From: Candidatus Latescibacterota bacterium
GTDB taxonomy: Bacteria > Latescibacterota > UBA2968 > UBA8231
Length of the DNA: 64,000 bases
Assembly (NCBI GenBank): GCA_965203355.1
Contig: OZ241889.1
Location: forward strand, 2,112,001-2,176,000
Direction of reading: 5' to 3'
The number at the start of each line of letters is the position of its first letter. Within the stretch, counting starts at the first letter, position 1. Below the pieces are notes generated by a model that was not told the origin of the DNA, made no database searches, and worked only from the letters and a program-made list of their open reading frames with translations. Shown here one piece after another: positions 47,948-57,828 of the stretch. A program made the translations under genes and the position numbers.

Positions 47948-48628
47948 ATGTCCACCTGCGCCGTGCTCTTTGCCAAAAAACCAACGCCTGGAGCGGTCAA
48001 GACCCGGCTCCAGAGCCATTTGAGTGCCCGCGATGCCGCGCGTCTGTACGAGGCCCTACTGCTCGATTGCGCCACGGCACTACGCGCCACACAGGCCGCT
48101 GCCCGGGTCGTGGCCTTTACTCCGGCCCATGCCGAAGACGCCCTCCGCAGTCTGCTGGCCCCGATTGGCGTCTTCGAGTACGTCCCGCAGCCCGAAGGCG
48201 ATCTAGGGCAGCGGATGGAGGGCCTGATGCAGTGGGCCTTTGCGCGCGAGGCCGAGCGGGTGGTCCTCGTCGGCTCGGATAGCCCTTCGCTGCCCGCTAG
48301 CTACATCGACGAAGGGCTGGCCTTGTTGGGCGCGAAAGAAGTGGTCTTAGGCCCCAGTACGGACGGAGGCTACTACTTGGTGGGTCGGCGAAAAGGGAAA
48401 AGCCGGATATTCCAAGACGTGGCTTGGAGCACTGAGATGGTACTAGAGCAAACCTTAGCGCGCTTGGGAACGCAGACCCTCGGCCTGCTGCCGCCTTGGT
48501 ACGATGTGGATACGCCGACTGAAGCTGGGTTCTTAAAAGTGCATCTCGAAGCCTTGGCTCGGGCGGGCAGTACTCAAGGGCAGCACAGCTTGGCCGTGCT
48601 GCGCGACCTGGCCCTACCGCGGCCTTAG
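47948..48628 (+). CDS. DUF2064/TIGR04282-family CofC-like glycosyltransferase
   Basis: 'FAKKP.PG.VKTRL', 'Q..GDLGQRM', 'GSDSP', 'LGPSTDGGYYL', 'WYDVD'. Confidence 0.88.
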   Translation: MSTCAVLFAKKPTPGAVKTRLQSHLSARDAARLYEALLLDCATALRATQAAARVVAFTPAHAEDALRSLLAPIGVFEYVPQPEGDLGQRMEGLMQWAFAREAERVVLVGSDSPSLPASYIDEGLALLGAKEVVLGPSTDGGYYLVGRRKGKSRIFQDVAWSTEMVLEQTLARLGTQTLGLLPPWYDVDTPTEAGFLKVHLEALARAGSTQGQHSLAVLRDLALPRP

Positions 48629-49254
48629 CGATCGGTTTTCTTGCGGAACAGGGCTTCCCAGTAGTCGATTTCGCTGGGGTTGAGTGGTGGGTGAGGTTCG
48701 GTGCCATCGCGGGCGGGCGCCGGCGTACTCGGAGCCTCGTCGGCTTTCTCGCGGAACAAGGCTTCCCAGTGATCGAGGTCGTCTGGGTCGAAAGGTGGGT
48801 GAGGTTCAGTGCCGTCGCGGGCGGGTGCTGGCGATGGCTCGGGTGGGGCTTGGACCGGTCCGGTGAGTTCGTCGAGAAAATCCTCAGAACAGGTCGAGCG
48901 GATCTTATGGCGCGTTGCGCTGCGCTGGACGGCGCGGTCCGAACTGATGACCCGCAGCCATTTGGCGCCGTGTTTTTTTTTGACTGCTTGCGCGATCAGA
49001 TCGTCGGCCTGCTGAGGGTAGCGCGAGAATTCTATGGTGACGCGTGGGCCACTTGCGCTGACTGCGCTCGGCTCGGCGCTGTTGCCGTCGTAGTACAGCG
49101 TAACGTGCTTGCCGGTGCGACCGGCATAGGTGGCGAGTGCCTTTTGCAAGCGGTTGCGCGCCTGTTCCAGTGAGTCGCCTCGGCCTTGGAAAAGCGGACT
49201 CACTTTGATGAGGTTGTAGCCGTCTATGAGCAAGTGCTCGCTCTTGGTAGTCAC
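48625..49254 (-). CDS. NYN-domain (YacP/Rae1-like) RNase
   Basis: 'LLIDGYNL', 'YYDG', 'ADDLI', 'VISSD'. Confidence 0.82.
   Translation of the reverse strand: MTTKSEHLLIDGYNLIKVSPLFQGRGDSLEQARNRLQKALATYAGRTGKHVTLYYDGNSAEPSAVSASGPRVTIEFSRYPQQADDLIAQAVKKKHGAKWLRVISSDRAVQRSATRHKIRSTCSEDFLDELTGPVQAPPEPSPAPARDGTEPHPPFDPDDLDHWEALFREKADEAPSTPAPARDGTEPHPPLNPSEIDYWEALFRKKTDR
48632..48833 (-). repeat. Two-copy 108-bp-period intragenic tandem repeat
   Basis: Encodes PAPARDGTEPHPP.....D.WEALFR.K.D twice (48632-48725, 48740-48833). Confidence 0.85.
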
Positions 49255-51092
49255 GCGAGATGGATGCCTTGGGCGTTGAACTGATAGGCGACCACGCGGC
49301 TTTTGGCAAAGGCCGCGCGTTGGCGCAACTTGTCGAGCCTAGCGCACAACGCGGCTGTTCGCCCTTCAGCGGCGATGAGCAGGGCAAATCCGCCGCCGCC
49401 AGCTCCCGTGAGAAGCCCGCCCTCGGTTAGGTCGGTGATCTGGGGATTTTCGAAAAGGTGTTGCAAAGCGTCGTTGGTGGCTTGGGGGTCGAGGATGCAG
49501 CGCAACTGCCAGTAGCGGTCGGCCAGCCGACCGAGGTCGGCGTATGCGCCCGCCCGCAGTGCCGCCACCATTTCATCGTGAATGGCCAGCGATTCGCCGA
49601 TGGCGGCATAGCGCAGGTGGTCGCGCGACAGATAAGCATCGAGGACGGCGTTGAGGCCGCGGGTGGCCGAGCGCGCGATCCCGGTGTCGAAGAGCACGAC
49701 TCGCTCGGTGAACAAGTGCTCATCTATCTCGGTGAGGAATGTGCGCTCGGGCGCGGGCAGACCCTGGGTCGGAGGTGCGTAGAAGTTCTTGATGGCCGAG
49801 GGGCCGCCGCTGGCACCACGCGCATCTTGCCAACCGCTGTTGAGGCCGAGGCTTTGTTCGAGCATGAGGCTCTCGTCGTAGAGGCCGGGGTACTCGTGTG
49901 CGGGCGCGGCGTAGGGGTGGCCGGAGAGGTGGTAGAGTATTTTGAGAATGGCGGCGGACAAGATGCCGCTGGTCCCCAAGCCGGACCCTTGGAGCACTTT
50001 GCTACTGGTGGTGATTTCCAGGCCGCCGCCGCCGGTAAAGGCGGCGATGTCTTGGATGACGTCTGTGGAGTTTGGCCGGACGATGCCCGCGTGGACTAGC
50101 CCTTGCTTGACCAACCGCAGGGCTTCGTCGCCACTGCGGCGATAGGCAAAAAACAGCTCGCTGACGGTTGCAGCCGAGCTGTGTTTGTTCACCTCAAAGT
50201 CGGCCTTGAAGCCCCGCGAGCGCGAGCGGAGGATGAGTTGGGGTTCGGGTAGCCTTCTCGCGGTGACTTTGAGCGGCGGTTGGGCGTGCTTTTCTCGGTC
50301 CTGTTGCAGATCGACGGCGATGTTGAGGGTTTTGCCGCCCTGTTCCTTGCTGCGCAAGTGATTGTCCGAGGCATTGGCGCTGGAGAGGCCCAAGCGCAGG
50401 GGCGACTGAATACAAAAGGCCTGCTCGTAAGCCGCTTCGCTCATGCGCGGCGCAGCCATGCGACCCTGGTCGAGGGCGGCCAAGCTGTGCCGCAAGTCAA
50501 GGCTCTGTAGCTGGTTGATCCGCGTCTCGTAGGCGGCGGCCAGCTCGTCAATTTTCTTGGCTTCTTTGAGCTGGACGATGGCTTGGCCGTCGATGCAGCA
50601 GGGTGGCAGTACGCGTCGCCAGCCCCGCGATTCCTCGGCAAGCGTCCGGTAGATGTCGGCCATGATGCGGGCGACGCGCATCCCGCGCAGATAGCGGTCT
50701 GAGCCAGCGCATTCTTCTAGATAGGCATTGAGGTGTTTGAGCACCTGCAAGAGCACCTTGGAGGATTTGGGGGGCAAAAGCCGCAGCAGTTGGCGGTGGT
50801 CGAGATCGACCAAGCCGTCGACTAGATCGACGGTTAGCTGCGGCAACTCTTGGGCAACCGCCGCGCCGAAGCGTGCTTCCCACTCGCCGGGCGCGGTTGA
50901 CGCGAGGAGCGCGTCGATAGCCGCCGGAGTTTCCGAGCGGGACAGCAGGGCCTGATTGAAGAGCAGGTCGCGGAGGAAGCGGCGTTTTTGCTCGGATTTG
51001 CCGGTCCGCGCTGCGCCGAGGATGTGATCGACGAGCGATTGGACTTCGCGTAAATCAGCGGCTTGTTCGAGCCGTTCGAGGAATGCTTTCAT
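49251..51092 (-). CDS. GHMP-family sugar kinase with N-terminal helical extension (fucokinase/HddA-like)
   Basis: 'QGSGLGTSG', 'SGWQD', 'DTGIARSA', 'LTGAGGGGF'. Confidence 0.75.
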   Translation of the reverse strand: MKAFLERLEQAADLREVQSLVDHILGAARTGKSEQKRRFLRDLLFNQALLSRSETPAAIDALLASTAPGEWEARFGAAVAQELPQLTVDLVDGLVDLDHRQLLRLLPPKSSKVLLQVLKHLNAYLEECAGSDRYLRGMRVARIMADIYRTLAEESRGWRRVLPPCCIDGQAIVQLKEAKKIDELAAAYETRINQLQSLDLRHSLAALDQGRMAAPRMSEAAYEQAFCIQSPLRLGLSSANASDNHLRSKEQGGKTLNIAVDLQQDREKHAQPPLKVTARRLPEPQLILRSRSRGFKADFEVNKHSSAATVSELFFAYRRSGDEALRLVKQGLVHAGIVRPNSTDVIQDIAAFTGGGGLEITTSSKVLQGSGLGTSGILSAAILKILYHLSGHPYAAPAHEYPGLYDESLMLEQSLGLNSGWQDARGASGGPSAIKNFYAPPTQGLPAPERTFLTEIDEHLFTERVVLFDTGIARSATRGLNAVLDAYLSRDHLRYAAIGESLAIHDEMVAALRAGAYADLGRLADRYWQLRCILDPQATNDALQHLFENPQITDLTEGGLLTGAGGGGFALLIAAEGRTAALCARLDKLRQRAAFAKSRVVAYQFNAQGIHLA

Positions 51093-51151
51093 GCGCGTCA
51101 GTGGGGGCGAGAGTACGCTAGAAATTATAGGCAAAAAACGCCCATCGCGCA

Positions 51152-51772
51152 TCAGGGCGGGACGGCATCGCGCATTAGTTCGCCGGCTTCCACGGCGAAA
51201 TCGAGGTGGTTTTGTCGCGGGGGCAGCGGGCAAATATAGGCGGGATTGTACGCACAGTATGGGTTGTACGCATTATTGAAATCAATGACGTACATGCCAT
51301 CGTCCTCCCGCCCTAGGCGTGCGTAACGCCCACCCCCATACGTGGTGTGGCCGTTGGTCAAATCCTTGAAGAAGATTTCCGTTTCGCCGGTTTGCGGGCT
51401 GCGGTACACCTCCAGCCAAAAGTTTTTTTCGCCAAAGGCCGCAACAAAGCGCCCAAATCGCTCCAACTCGGTGGTGGTGCCATCGGTATTGGGGATTTCG
51501 ACGATGCGCTGGCGGCCGTAGACATGCAACTCGCCCCGCAGGCGATAGCGGAGGTCAATGGGATAGTACGCAAGCTGCTCAAAGTGGGCGCGCTGGGCTG
51601 GCAGCAGCGGCGAATCCTCGCTTTTGAGCAGGCTATCCTTGGCGGCGCGGAGTGCCTCGATCTGGGCGCGGATGGCGTCGTCGGCTGCGGCCGATCCAAA
51701 GGCTAGGCATAGATAGCAGGCGATGGCGCAAGCGCTTATCTGGCTGGTTCCTTTGACAAGGGGATTTTTCAT
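51152..51772 (-). CDS. DUF1684-family protein
   Basis: 'FKDLTNG.TTYGGGRY', 'IDFNNAYNPYCAYN..YICPLPP.QN.L'. Confidence 0.9.
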   Translation of the reverse strand: MKNPLVKGTSQISACAIACYLCLAFGSAAADDAIRAQIEALRAAKDSLLKSEDSPLLPAQRAHFEQLAYYPIDLRYRLRGELHVYGRQRIVEIPNTDGTTTELERFGRFVAAFGEKNFWLEVYRSPQTGETEIFFKDLTNGHTTYGGGRYARLGREDDGMYVIDFNNAYNPYCAYNPAYICPLPPRQNHLDFAVEAGELMRDAVPP

Positions 51773-51824
51773 TTTTTGCCTGTATGCTCGGTTGACGACG
51801 CGGCTGTTTTCTGGCCGGGGCGAT

Positions 51825-53000
51825 CTAATGATGAAAAAGCCGCGTTCCCGAATTAATCATCAACATTCCGTATTCGTCGGCCGCCTCAATTACCCGATTA
51901 TCCCGCGTTGACCCGCCCGCTTGGACTACGTACTCCACGCCTGAACGCCGCGCTCGGTCGATGTTGTCGCGGAAGGGGAAAAAGGCGTCTGAACTCAGGG
52001 CCACGCCCTTGAGCTGGTCTAGCCATGCCCGCTTCTCCTCGGGGCTGATCCGCTCTGGGACCGCGCGGAAGTTGGCTTCCCAAGCCCGGAGTTCGGCTGG
52101 GGTGACGTCGTCTTGCAGATAGAGGTCGATGGCGTTGATTTTTTCCGGGCGTTTGAGGCCCTTGGCGAATTTCATGCCCAACACTTTGGGGTGTAGGCGC
52201 AGATACCAGTTGTCGGCCTTGGCGCAGGCCAAGCGCACACAGTGGATGCGCGACTGCTGGCCAGCCCCCGTGCCGATGACTTGGCCGTCGCAGGCTAGGC
52301 ACACCGAGTTAGATTGGGTGTACTTGAGGGCGATGGTTGCCACCGTGAGGTCGCGGCGGGCACTGGCCGACAAGTCCTGGCGGGCCGTGACGATGTTGTG
52401 GAAAAAGGCGTCGTCCGGGATGAAGTCGTTGCGTTGCTGCGCGAGTTGGACGCCGAATATCTGGCGTTGCTCGGTCGCCGCTGGCGCGTAGTTCGGGTCG
52501 ATTTGTAGGATGCGGTACTGACCGCCCTTTTTCTTTTTTAAGATCGCTAAAGCCTCCGGCTCATAGCCGGGGGCGATGATCCCGTCGGAGACTTCGACGC
52601 GGATGAGGTCGGCCGTAGGGAAATCCACCACGTCGCTCAGGGCGATCCAGTCGCCGAAGGAAGCGAGGCGGTCGGCACCGCGGGCGCGGGCGTAAGCCGT
52701 GGCCAGCGGACTGAGGTCGCGGTCGGCCACAAAGTAGGACGCGCTCAAAGTTTCGTTGAGCGGTGCGGCGATGGCAGCACCGGCTGGAGAGACGTGTTTG
52801 AACGAGGTGGCGGCTGGCCGGCCGAGGGCCTGCTTGAGGTCTCGGACGAGCTGCCAAGCGTTGAGCGCGTCCATGAGGTTGATGTAGCTAGGGGCGTCGT
52901 TGAGCGGCTCGATGGGCAAGTCGCGGCCATCGGCCATTGAGCAGCGGGCGCCGGTTTGGTGGGGGTTGCAGCCGTAGCGCATGTCGATTGTCGCGGGCAT
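51825..53000 (-). CDS. purH: AICAR formyltransferase (stand-alone PurH C-terminal domain)
   Basis: 'RYGCNPHQ', 'SFKHVSPAG', 'KYTQSN', 'GAGQQSR', 'SSDAFFPFRD', 'RLFHH'. Confidence 0.92.
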   Translation of the reverse strand: MPATIDMRYGCNPHQTGARCSMADGRDLPIEPLNDAPSYINLMDALNAWQLVRDLKQALGRPAATSFKHVSPAGAAIAAPLNETLSASYFVADRDLSPLATAYARARGADRLASFGDWIALSDVVDFPTADLIRVEVSDGIIAPGYEPEALAILKKKKGGQYRILQIDPNYAPAATEQRQIFGVQLAQQRNDFIPDDAFFHNIVTARQDLSASARRDLTVATIALKYTQSNSVCLACDGQVIGTGAGQQSRIHCVRLACAKADNWYLRLHPKVLGMKFAKGLKRPEKINAIDLYLQDDVTPAELRAWEANFRAVPERISPEEKRAWLDQLKGVALSSDAFFPFRDNIDRARRSGVEYVVQAGGSTRDNRVIEAADEYGMLMINSGTRLFHH

Positions 53001-53022
53001 GGTTCCTCCTCGATGAGACTAT

Positions 53023-53052
53023 TTGACAAGAGTTGGGGCAGCGTATTATGTT
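53023..53052 (+). promoter_or_regulatory. Sigma70-type promoter for dapA
   Basis: TTGACA-18bp-TATGTT. Confidence 0.45.
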
Positions 53053-53122
53053 CGGCAATCGCGGTACAAAGACAATCGCCAATCCACCCGTTTTTGACAA
53101 GCTAAGGCGAGGTAAAAAGACC

Positions 53123-54160
53123 ATGTTCAAAGGTTGCAGCACGGCCCTAGTGACGCCCATGAACGCAGACGGTAGCATTGACTACGGCGGCTTAGAGCAA
53201 CTCGTAGAATTCCAAATTGCCAACAATATCCAAGCGGTACTCGCGGTTGGCACGACCGGCGAAAGCCCGACCCTGTTGTGGGAGGAGCACAACGAAGTCA
53301 TCGAGCGCACGGTCGCGCTGGCTAAGGGACGCACCTTATCGATTGCCGGCACAGGTAGCAACTCCACCAAGGAGACCATGGTGGGCAGCGAGCACGCCGC
53401 CCACCTTGGCGCAGACGCCGTGCTGCTGGTCGATCCCTACTACAATGGGCCTAGCTCCTTGGAGATCCGCCGCGAATACGTCGAGCCGGTGGCGCGGGCC
53501 TTTCCCGAAGTGCAGATCATTCCCTACATCATTCCCGGGCGCACCGGCTGCATGATGCAGGTGGAGGATTTGGCCATCCTCGCCCACCAGTATCCCAACG
53601 TGGCCCAAGTCAAAGAGGCCACCGGCGACTTGGACAATATGGCCAAGACGCGCCGGCTCTGCGGCGATGATTTTACCATCCTCTCAGGCGATGACGACAA
53701 GACCGTGGCCATGATGAAGAGCGCGGAGATCCGGGCCGCTGGCGCGATCTCGGTGATGTCCAACGTCATTCCGGGTCCCATCCAGCGGCTCACCGAGCTG
53801 CTCAACGCCGGTCAGGCAGACGAAGCGGACGGTTTGGCCGCGAAGCTAGCGCCGCTTTTTGGCATCGTCGGCGTTGCGACCACTGAGCAGAGTGCTTATG
53901 GTCCGGTCGAGTGCAAAGTCCGCAACCCGGTGCCGATTAAGACGCTGATGAATATTCTCGGTATGCCGGCCGGCCCCGTGCGGCCGCCGCTGGGTAAGAT
54001 GACGCGCGCGGGCGCGCAAGTGGTGCTGGCCGCCGCGCGCCAAGTGCTCGCCAATGACCCCACGGCGTTTGCGCCGATCGCCGAATTTTTCGGAGTGGAT
54101 GTGGAAGCGCGTCTATACGACGACTCGCTTTTTGAGCGCGCAGTGTATCCATCGTATTAA
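53123..54160 (+). CDS. dapA: 4-hydroxy-tetrahydrodipicolinate synthase
   Basis: 'TALVTPM', 'GTTGES', 'PYYN', 'YIIPGRTG', 'KEATGD', 'LSGDD'. Confidence 0.93.
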   Translation: MFKGCSTALVTPMNADGSIDYGGLEQLVEFQIANNIQAVLAVGTTGESPTLLWEEHNEVIERTVALAKGRTLSIAGTGSNSTKETMVGSEHAAHLGADAVLLVDPYYNGPSSLEIRREYVEPVARAFPEVQIIPYIIPGRTGCMMQVEDLAILAHQYPNVAQVKEATGDLDNMAKTRRLCGDDFTILSGDDDKTVAMMKSAEIRAAGAISVMSNVIPGPIQRLTELLNAGQADEADGLAAKLAPLFGIVGVATTEQSAYGPVECKVRNPVPIKTLMNILGMPAGPVRPPLGKMTRAGAQVVLAAARQVLANDPTAFAPIAEFFGVDVEARLYDDSLFERAVYPSY

Positions 54161-54174
54161 GCGAGGCTAGCGCG

Positions 54175-54978
54175 ATGACCAAAATCGCAATCTGCGGGGT
54201 GGCCGGGCGCATGGGCCAACGGCTGGCCCATTTGACTTTGGCGGCGGCTGACTTGGAGCTGTGCGGCGGCAAGGAACACCCGGCTCACGAGGCCGTGGGA
54301 CGCGACATCGGCGAAGTCGTCGGCGCGCGGCCCCTCAACCTAACCGTCAGCGACACGTTGGCGGGCCTCATCGAACCCGACCAAGTAGTAGTCTGTTTTA
54401 CGACCCCGGAGGCCACGCTTGAGGACGCGGCCCTCTGCGCGGTGCGCGGGGTGCCTATGGTGGTGGGAACCACGGGTTTTACCCCGGAGCAACTAGCGGA
54501 GTTTAAGCAGACCGTAGCGGGCATTACCTGCGTGTTCGCGTCGAATTTTAGCACAGCCATGAACGTGTTGTTCAAATTGGTCGAAGAGGCGGCGCGGATC
54601 TTGGGCGATGACTACGACGTGGAAATCATTGAAGCGCATCATCGGCACAAGGTCGACGCGCCCTCTGGGTCGGCGCTGACGCTGGCCGAGCGGGTCGCCG
54701 CGGGCTTGGGCCGCAATTTGCGCGAGGTTGCCGTACACGGGCGCTCGGGCGCGGTCGGCCCGCGCCCGAGCCAAGAGATTGGTATGCACGCGATCCGCGC
54801 CGGCGATTTGGCTGGCGATCACACGGTGCTCTACGCGGCTTTAGGCGAGTGCCTCGAACTCCAGCATCGCGCTACGAGCCGCGATTCGTTTGCTTTGGGT
54901 GCGTTGCGTGCCGCGCGTTTTGCCGCGCAAGCTGCGCCGGGGATGTACTCGATGGGAGACGTGTTGGGGCTGGGCTGA
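54175..54978 (+). CDS. dapB: 4-hydroxy-tetrahydrodipicolinate reductase
   Basis: 'GVAGRMG', 'VGTTG', 'EAHHRHKVDAPSGSA'. Confidence 0.95.
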   Translation: MTKIAICGVAGRMGQRLAHLTLAAADLELCGGKEHPAHEAVGRDIGEVVGARPLNLTVSDTLAGLIEPDQVVVCFTTPEATLEDAALCAVRGVPMVVGTTGFTPEQLAEFKQTVAGITCVFASNFSTAMNVLFKLVEEAARILGDDYDVEIIEAHHRHKVDAPSGSALTLAERVAAGLGRNLREVAVHGRSGAVGPRPSQEIGMHAIRAGDLAGDHTVLYAALGECLELQHRATSRDSFALGALRAARFAAQAAPGMYSMGDVLGLG

Positions 54979-54982
54979 CCGC

Positions 54983-55750
54983 TCAGCGCTTGGGGCGGAG
55001 GAGGTGCTGTGGCGTCGGCCACAGGGTCTGAATCTGGTCGCGCAGCCGCGCGGCTTCCTCAAAATTTTCCGCCTCCACAGCCACCTGTAGGTCGCGCTCT
55101 AATTGTTCGCGCTGGGACAGCGGGCGCTCCTGCTCTAATTCCTCGTACCATTCGCGCAAAAAGGAAATCTCGGGCAAATCCTCGTCTAGCTCGGATTCCC
55201 ATTCCTCGACAAAGCTCTCGATGTGGGCAATGCCTTCTTGCACGGCGTGCATGGCCGCTGGATAGTCGTCGTTTTGCAGCGCGAGCATGGCGTACGCCCG
55301 GGTCTGCATCATAATCGCGTGTGGATAGTACTGCTCAAAGTACCAGCGGATTTCGTCGTTGGGCGCGCACTGATCGACCAATTCAAAAATCTGTAGGGTG
55401 TGCTCGGTATCGGCGACGACCCCTTCGTAGTCCTCTAAGTTGAACAGACTTAAATAGCGGTGGTAATACTGCCACGCCTCTTGGAAGAGTTCTTCGCACT
55501 CGTCCTCGTTTAGCGCGAAGCCTGCTGGCGTGTCGTGCGACTTGATGAGGTCTTGGTAGTAGTTGAGCAGCGAGGGGCAACCGTGCGGTTGTTGGCCGTC
55601 GGGACGGCCATGCAACTCGAGCTGAAGGAGCCCCATGTCGATGCGGATCTGAAGTTTTTCCTCGCCCTTGCTGGTGCGGATGCGCCGAGCGAGGAACTCG
55701 TCGGGCTTGAAGTCCCAACTGTTGAGCAAGTCGCCGATATCGCAATTCAT
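54983..55750 (-). CDS. UvrB/UvrC-motif-containing protein (paralogue 2)
   Basis: 'LQIRIDMGLLQLELHGRPDGQQPHG'; C-terminal 'LQVAVEAENFEEAARLRDQI'. Confidence 0.8.
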   Translation of the reverse strand: MNCDIGDLLNSWDFKPDEFLARRIRTSKGEEKLQIRIDMGLLQLELHGRPDGQQPHGCPSLLNYYQDLIKSHDTPAGFALNEDECEELFQEAWQYYHRYLSLFNLEDYEGVVADTEHTLQIFELVDQCAPNDEIRWYFEQYYPHAIMMQTRAYAMLALQNDDYPAAMHAVQEGIAHIESFVEEWESELDEDLPEISFLREWYEELEQERPLSQREQLERDLQVAVEAENFEEAARLRDQIQTLWPTPQHLLRPKR

Positions 55751-55938
55751 GGGCGCGCTCTCTGCAAAAAAATAGAGTGAAGAAACTCAAGCCCAAGGAG
55801 GCTGAGGGAACACAAGGGACAATATAGGGCAGAACCTAGTACTGCGCTACTAATGGACGCATTTCTCGTCAAGTAGTTGGCCCAGGCAAAAAGCGCCAAG
55901 TTACAAGCCCCGCGCTTATCGTGTTATGTACATTATTA

Positions 55939-55967
55939 AAAATACGAAAAAAGAGATAACATGTCAA
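55939..55967 (-). promoter_or_regulatory. Sigma70-type promoter for paralogue 2
   Basis: Minus strand TTGACA-17bp-TATTTT in an AT-rich intergenic region. Confidence 0.5.
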
Positions 55968-56017
55968 AAAATATCATTTAAGTGTATTATAAATAATGAG
56001 TTAGAAAAAATTTCATC

Positions 56018-56046
56018 TTGACCCAAACCACGGCCTAACCTACCTT
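56018..56046 (+). promoter_or_regulatory. Sigma70-type promoter
   Basis: TTGACC-17bp-TACCTT with AT-rich upstream tract. Confidence 0.55.
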
Positions 56047-56086
56047 AAGATCGCCCCCAATTTCAACACTCCACAGAGGAGGACCT

Positions 56087-56854
56087 ATGTCCCAGCACGA
56101 GAACGATGCGCTGCAAGTGCAAGGCGACCGGGTGGTGCTAGGGGAGTGGTCGGGCGATCTGGAAGAATTGATTGCCAAGAATGTGACTTTGCGCCAGATG
56201 TTGCGCGAAGGGTGCGCCGAAGCGGCCGGTGCGCTGCTCAAGGCGCAGGCCGTGGAGGAACAAGCCGCGCTGGTGGCCATAGACGAAAACCCCGAGGAGG
56301 TGCTCTCGCTGACCGGCATGGATGCCCAAGGTCGCCCGGGCTACTTGCCCGCTGTGGTCGATAAGCTGCCGTCGGAGATCATCGCCGAGTTAGTCGCCCC
56401 GGGCGAGGACAAACTGGCGAGATTCAACACGGTGCTGTTGCAAACCATGTCGGCCGAGTCGTTTGCCCGCGCCGTGGAGGACACGCTCGATCCGGTTTAC
56501 TACCTCGGCAACCGCACTAAGGTGTCGTGGGAATGGCTCGAAGCGGTCGCGGCGCTAGACGATCCCAACAAGTGCGCCGCGCTCTTGTCCAAGGTGGATC
56601 AGGGCCTGTTAGAGGACGCCTTCCTCGATAAGGTTGATAGCATCGACATGCACGCCCAAGTCAGTGCGCTAGAGGATGTGGGTGCGGTGTCGGCCTTCAG
56701 CCTGCTGTCGGAATCGGGTCAGGCGGTGATGCTGCCACCGATTGACGATCCAGCGGTCCGCGAGGTCGTCTACGTCTTGCACCAAGCCGCGCCCGAACTG
56801 CTGGCAAGGGTGCTGCGCGGTGCTTGGGAACGGGCGACGGGAGGGGCTTTGTGA
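56087..56854 (+). CDS. Hypothetical helical protein
   Basis: Long ORF, GAGGAGG RBS, host-like codon usage. Confidence 0.7.
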   Translation: MSQHENDALQVQGDRVVLGEWSGDLEELIAKNVTLRQMLREGCAEAAGALLKAQAVEEQAALVAIDENPEEVLSLTGMDAQGRPGYLPAVVDKLPSEIIAELVAPGEDKLARFNTVLLQTMSAESFARAVEDTLDPVYYLGNRTKVSWEWLEAVAALDDPNKCAALLSKVDQGLLEDAFLDKVDSIDMHAQVSALEDVGAVSAFSLLSESGQAVMLPPIDDPAVREVVYVLHQAAPELLARVLRGAWERATGGAL

Positions 56855-57786
56855 ACCGGCTAGTGCGCGTCGATCTCAACCAAGTTCCGCTGGACCGCCA
56901 TAGTTTTATTGGCCAAGTGGTCGCTGCGGGCCTCGAATACGAGCAGTTGCCGCCGCGCTTTATGGATTCGCTGCGGGCCTATCTGCAAATCCGCGGGCTG
57001 GGCTTTGCTCAGGGCAACCGCACGGGCATCGCTCTTGGCCGCGATCTGTTGCGCCGAGGCATGGAGCAGGGCTTGGCGTGTATGGACTTGGCACTAGAGG
57101 AGGCAAGCGGTGGCGATCTCAACGCCGCTGTCGCCCAGCTAGCCAGCGACTCGTTTGACGCGCTCTACAAGCAGGGTTGGGAGTGTGCTGCCCAGCGCTT
57201 GGCCGAGATGCGCGCGCAGGCCCGCGCCTTGGTCGGCTGTCCCGAGCTGGACTTTTGGCCTGATCGGCAGCCCAGAGTCGCCGCCTTGGCAAAGCTCGTG
57301 CCCGAGACGTGGACCGGCCCCAGTGCCATCGACCTGCGCACCGACGGCCAAATGCTGCAAGATCTAACCGGCAAGGTGGCCTTTGTGCGCTCGTTGCCAC
57401 CGCCGTCGATGGCCGATTTGCTCAAGCAGGTCAAGGAGGATTTCGCTGGCGTGATGGATTTCGCCGGCGTGCTGCACCGCGTCATTTTGGCGTTGGCACT
57501 CGGGCGCGTCGAACTCGTTGCCAAAAAGGAACACGTGTCGCGCTTTGGTGCCGAGTGCTTTGACGCGCGTGGGCTGCGCCCTCACGTGCGGCGGCAGGTG
57601 TTAGACCAGTTCGGCGGGCACTTAAAAGATACCGTGGGGGATGCGGATGTTCGGGCGCGGATGGCCGACGAGTTAGGCGCGGAAATTGAGGTGCTAGAAC
57701 AGGCCGCGAAGCGGGACGACCTAGTGGCGTTTTTTTTACCGTCTCCGCCGCCGGGGTCGCTTTTTTCGCCGGAGGAATTTGAGTAG
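56851..57786 (+). CDS. Hypothetical protein
   Basis: GTGA overlap with the preceding ORF; long ORF. Confidence 0.7.
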   Translation: MNRLVRVDLNQVPLDRHSFIGQVVAAGLEYEQLPPRFMDSLRAYLQIRGLGFAQGNRTGIALGRDLLRRGMEQGLACMDLALEEASGGDLNAAVAQLASDSFDALYKQGWECAAQRLAEMRAQARALVGCPELDFWPDRQPRVAALAKLVPETWTGPSAIDLRTDGQMLQDLTGKVAFVRSLPPPSMADLLKQVKEDFAGVMDFAGVLHRVILALALGRVELVAKKEHVSRFGAECFDARGLRPHVRRQVLDQFGGHLKDTVGDADVRARMADELGAEIEVLEQAAKRDDLVAFFLPSPPPGSLFSPEEFE

Positions 57787-57828
57787 CTTTGCCAATCCCC
57801 CGGTACTCCACACCTTCTGCGAGGTCTT

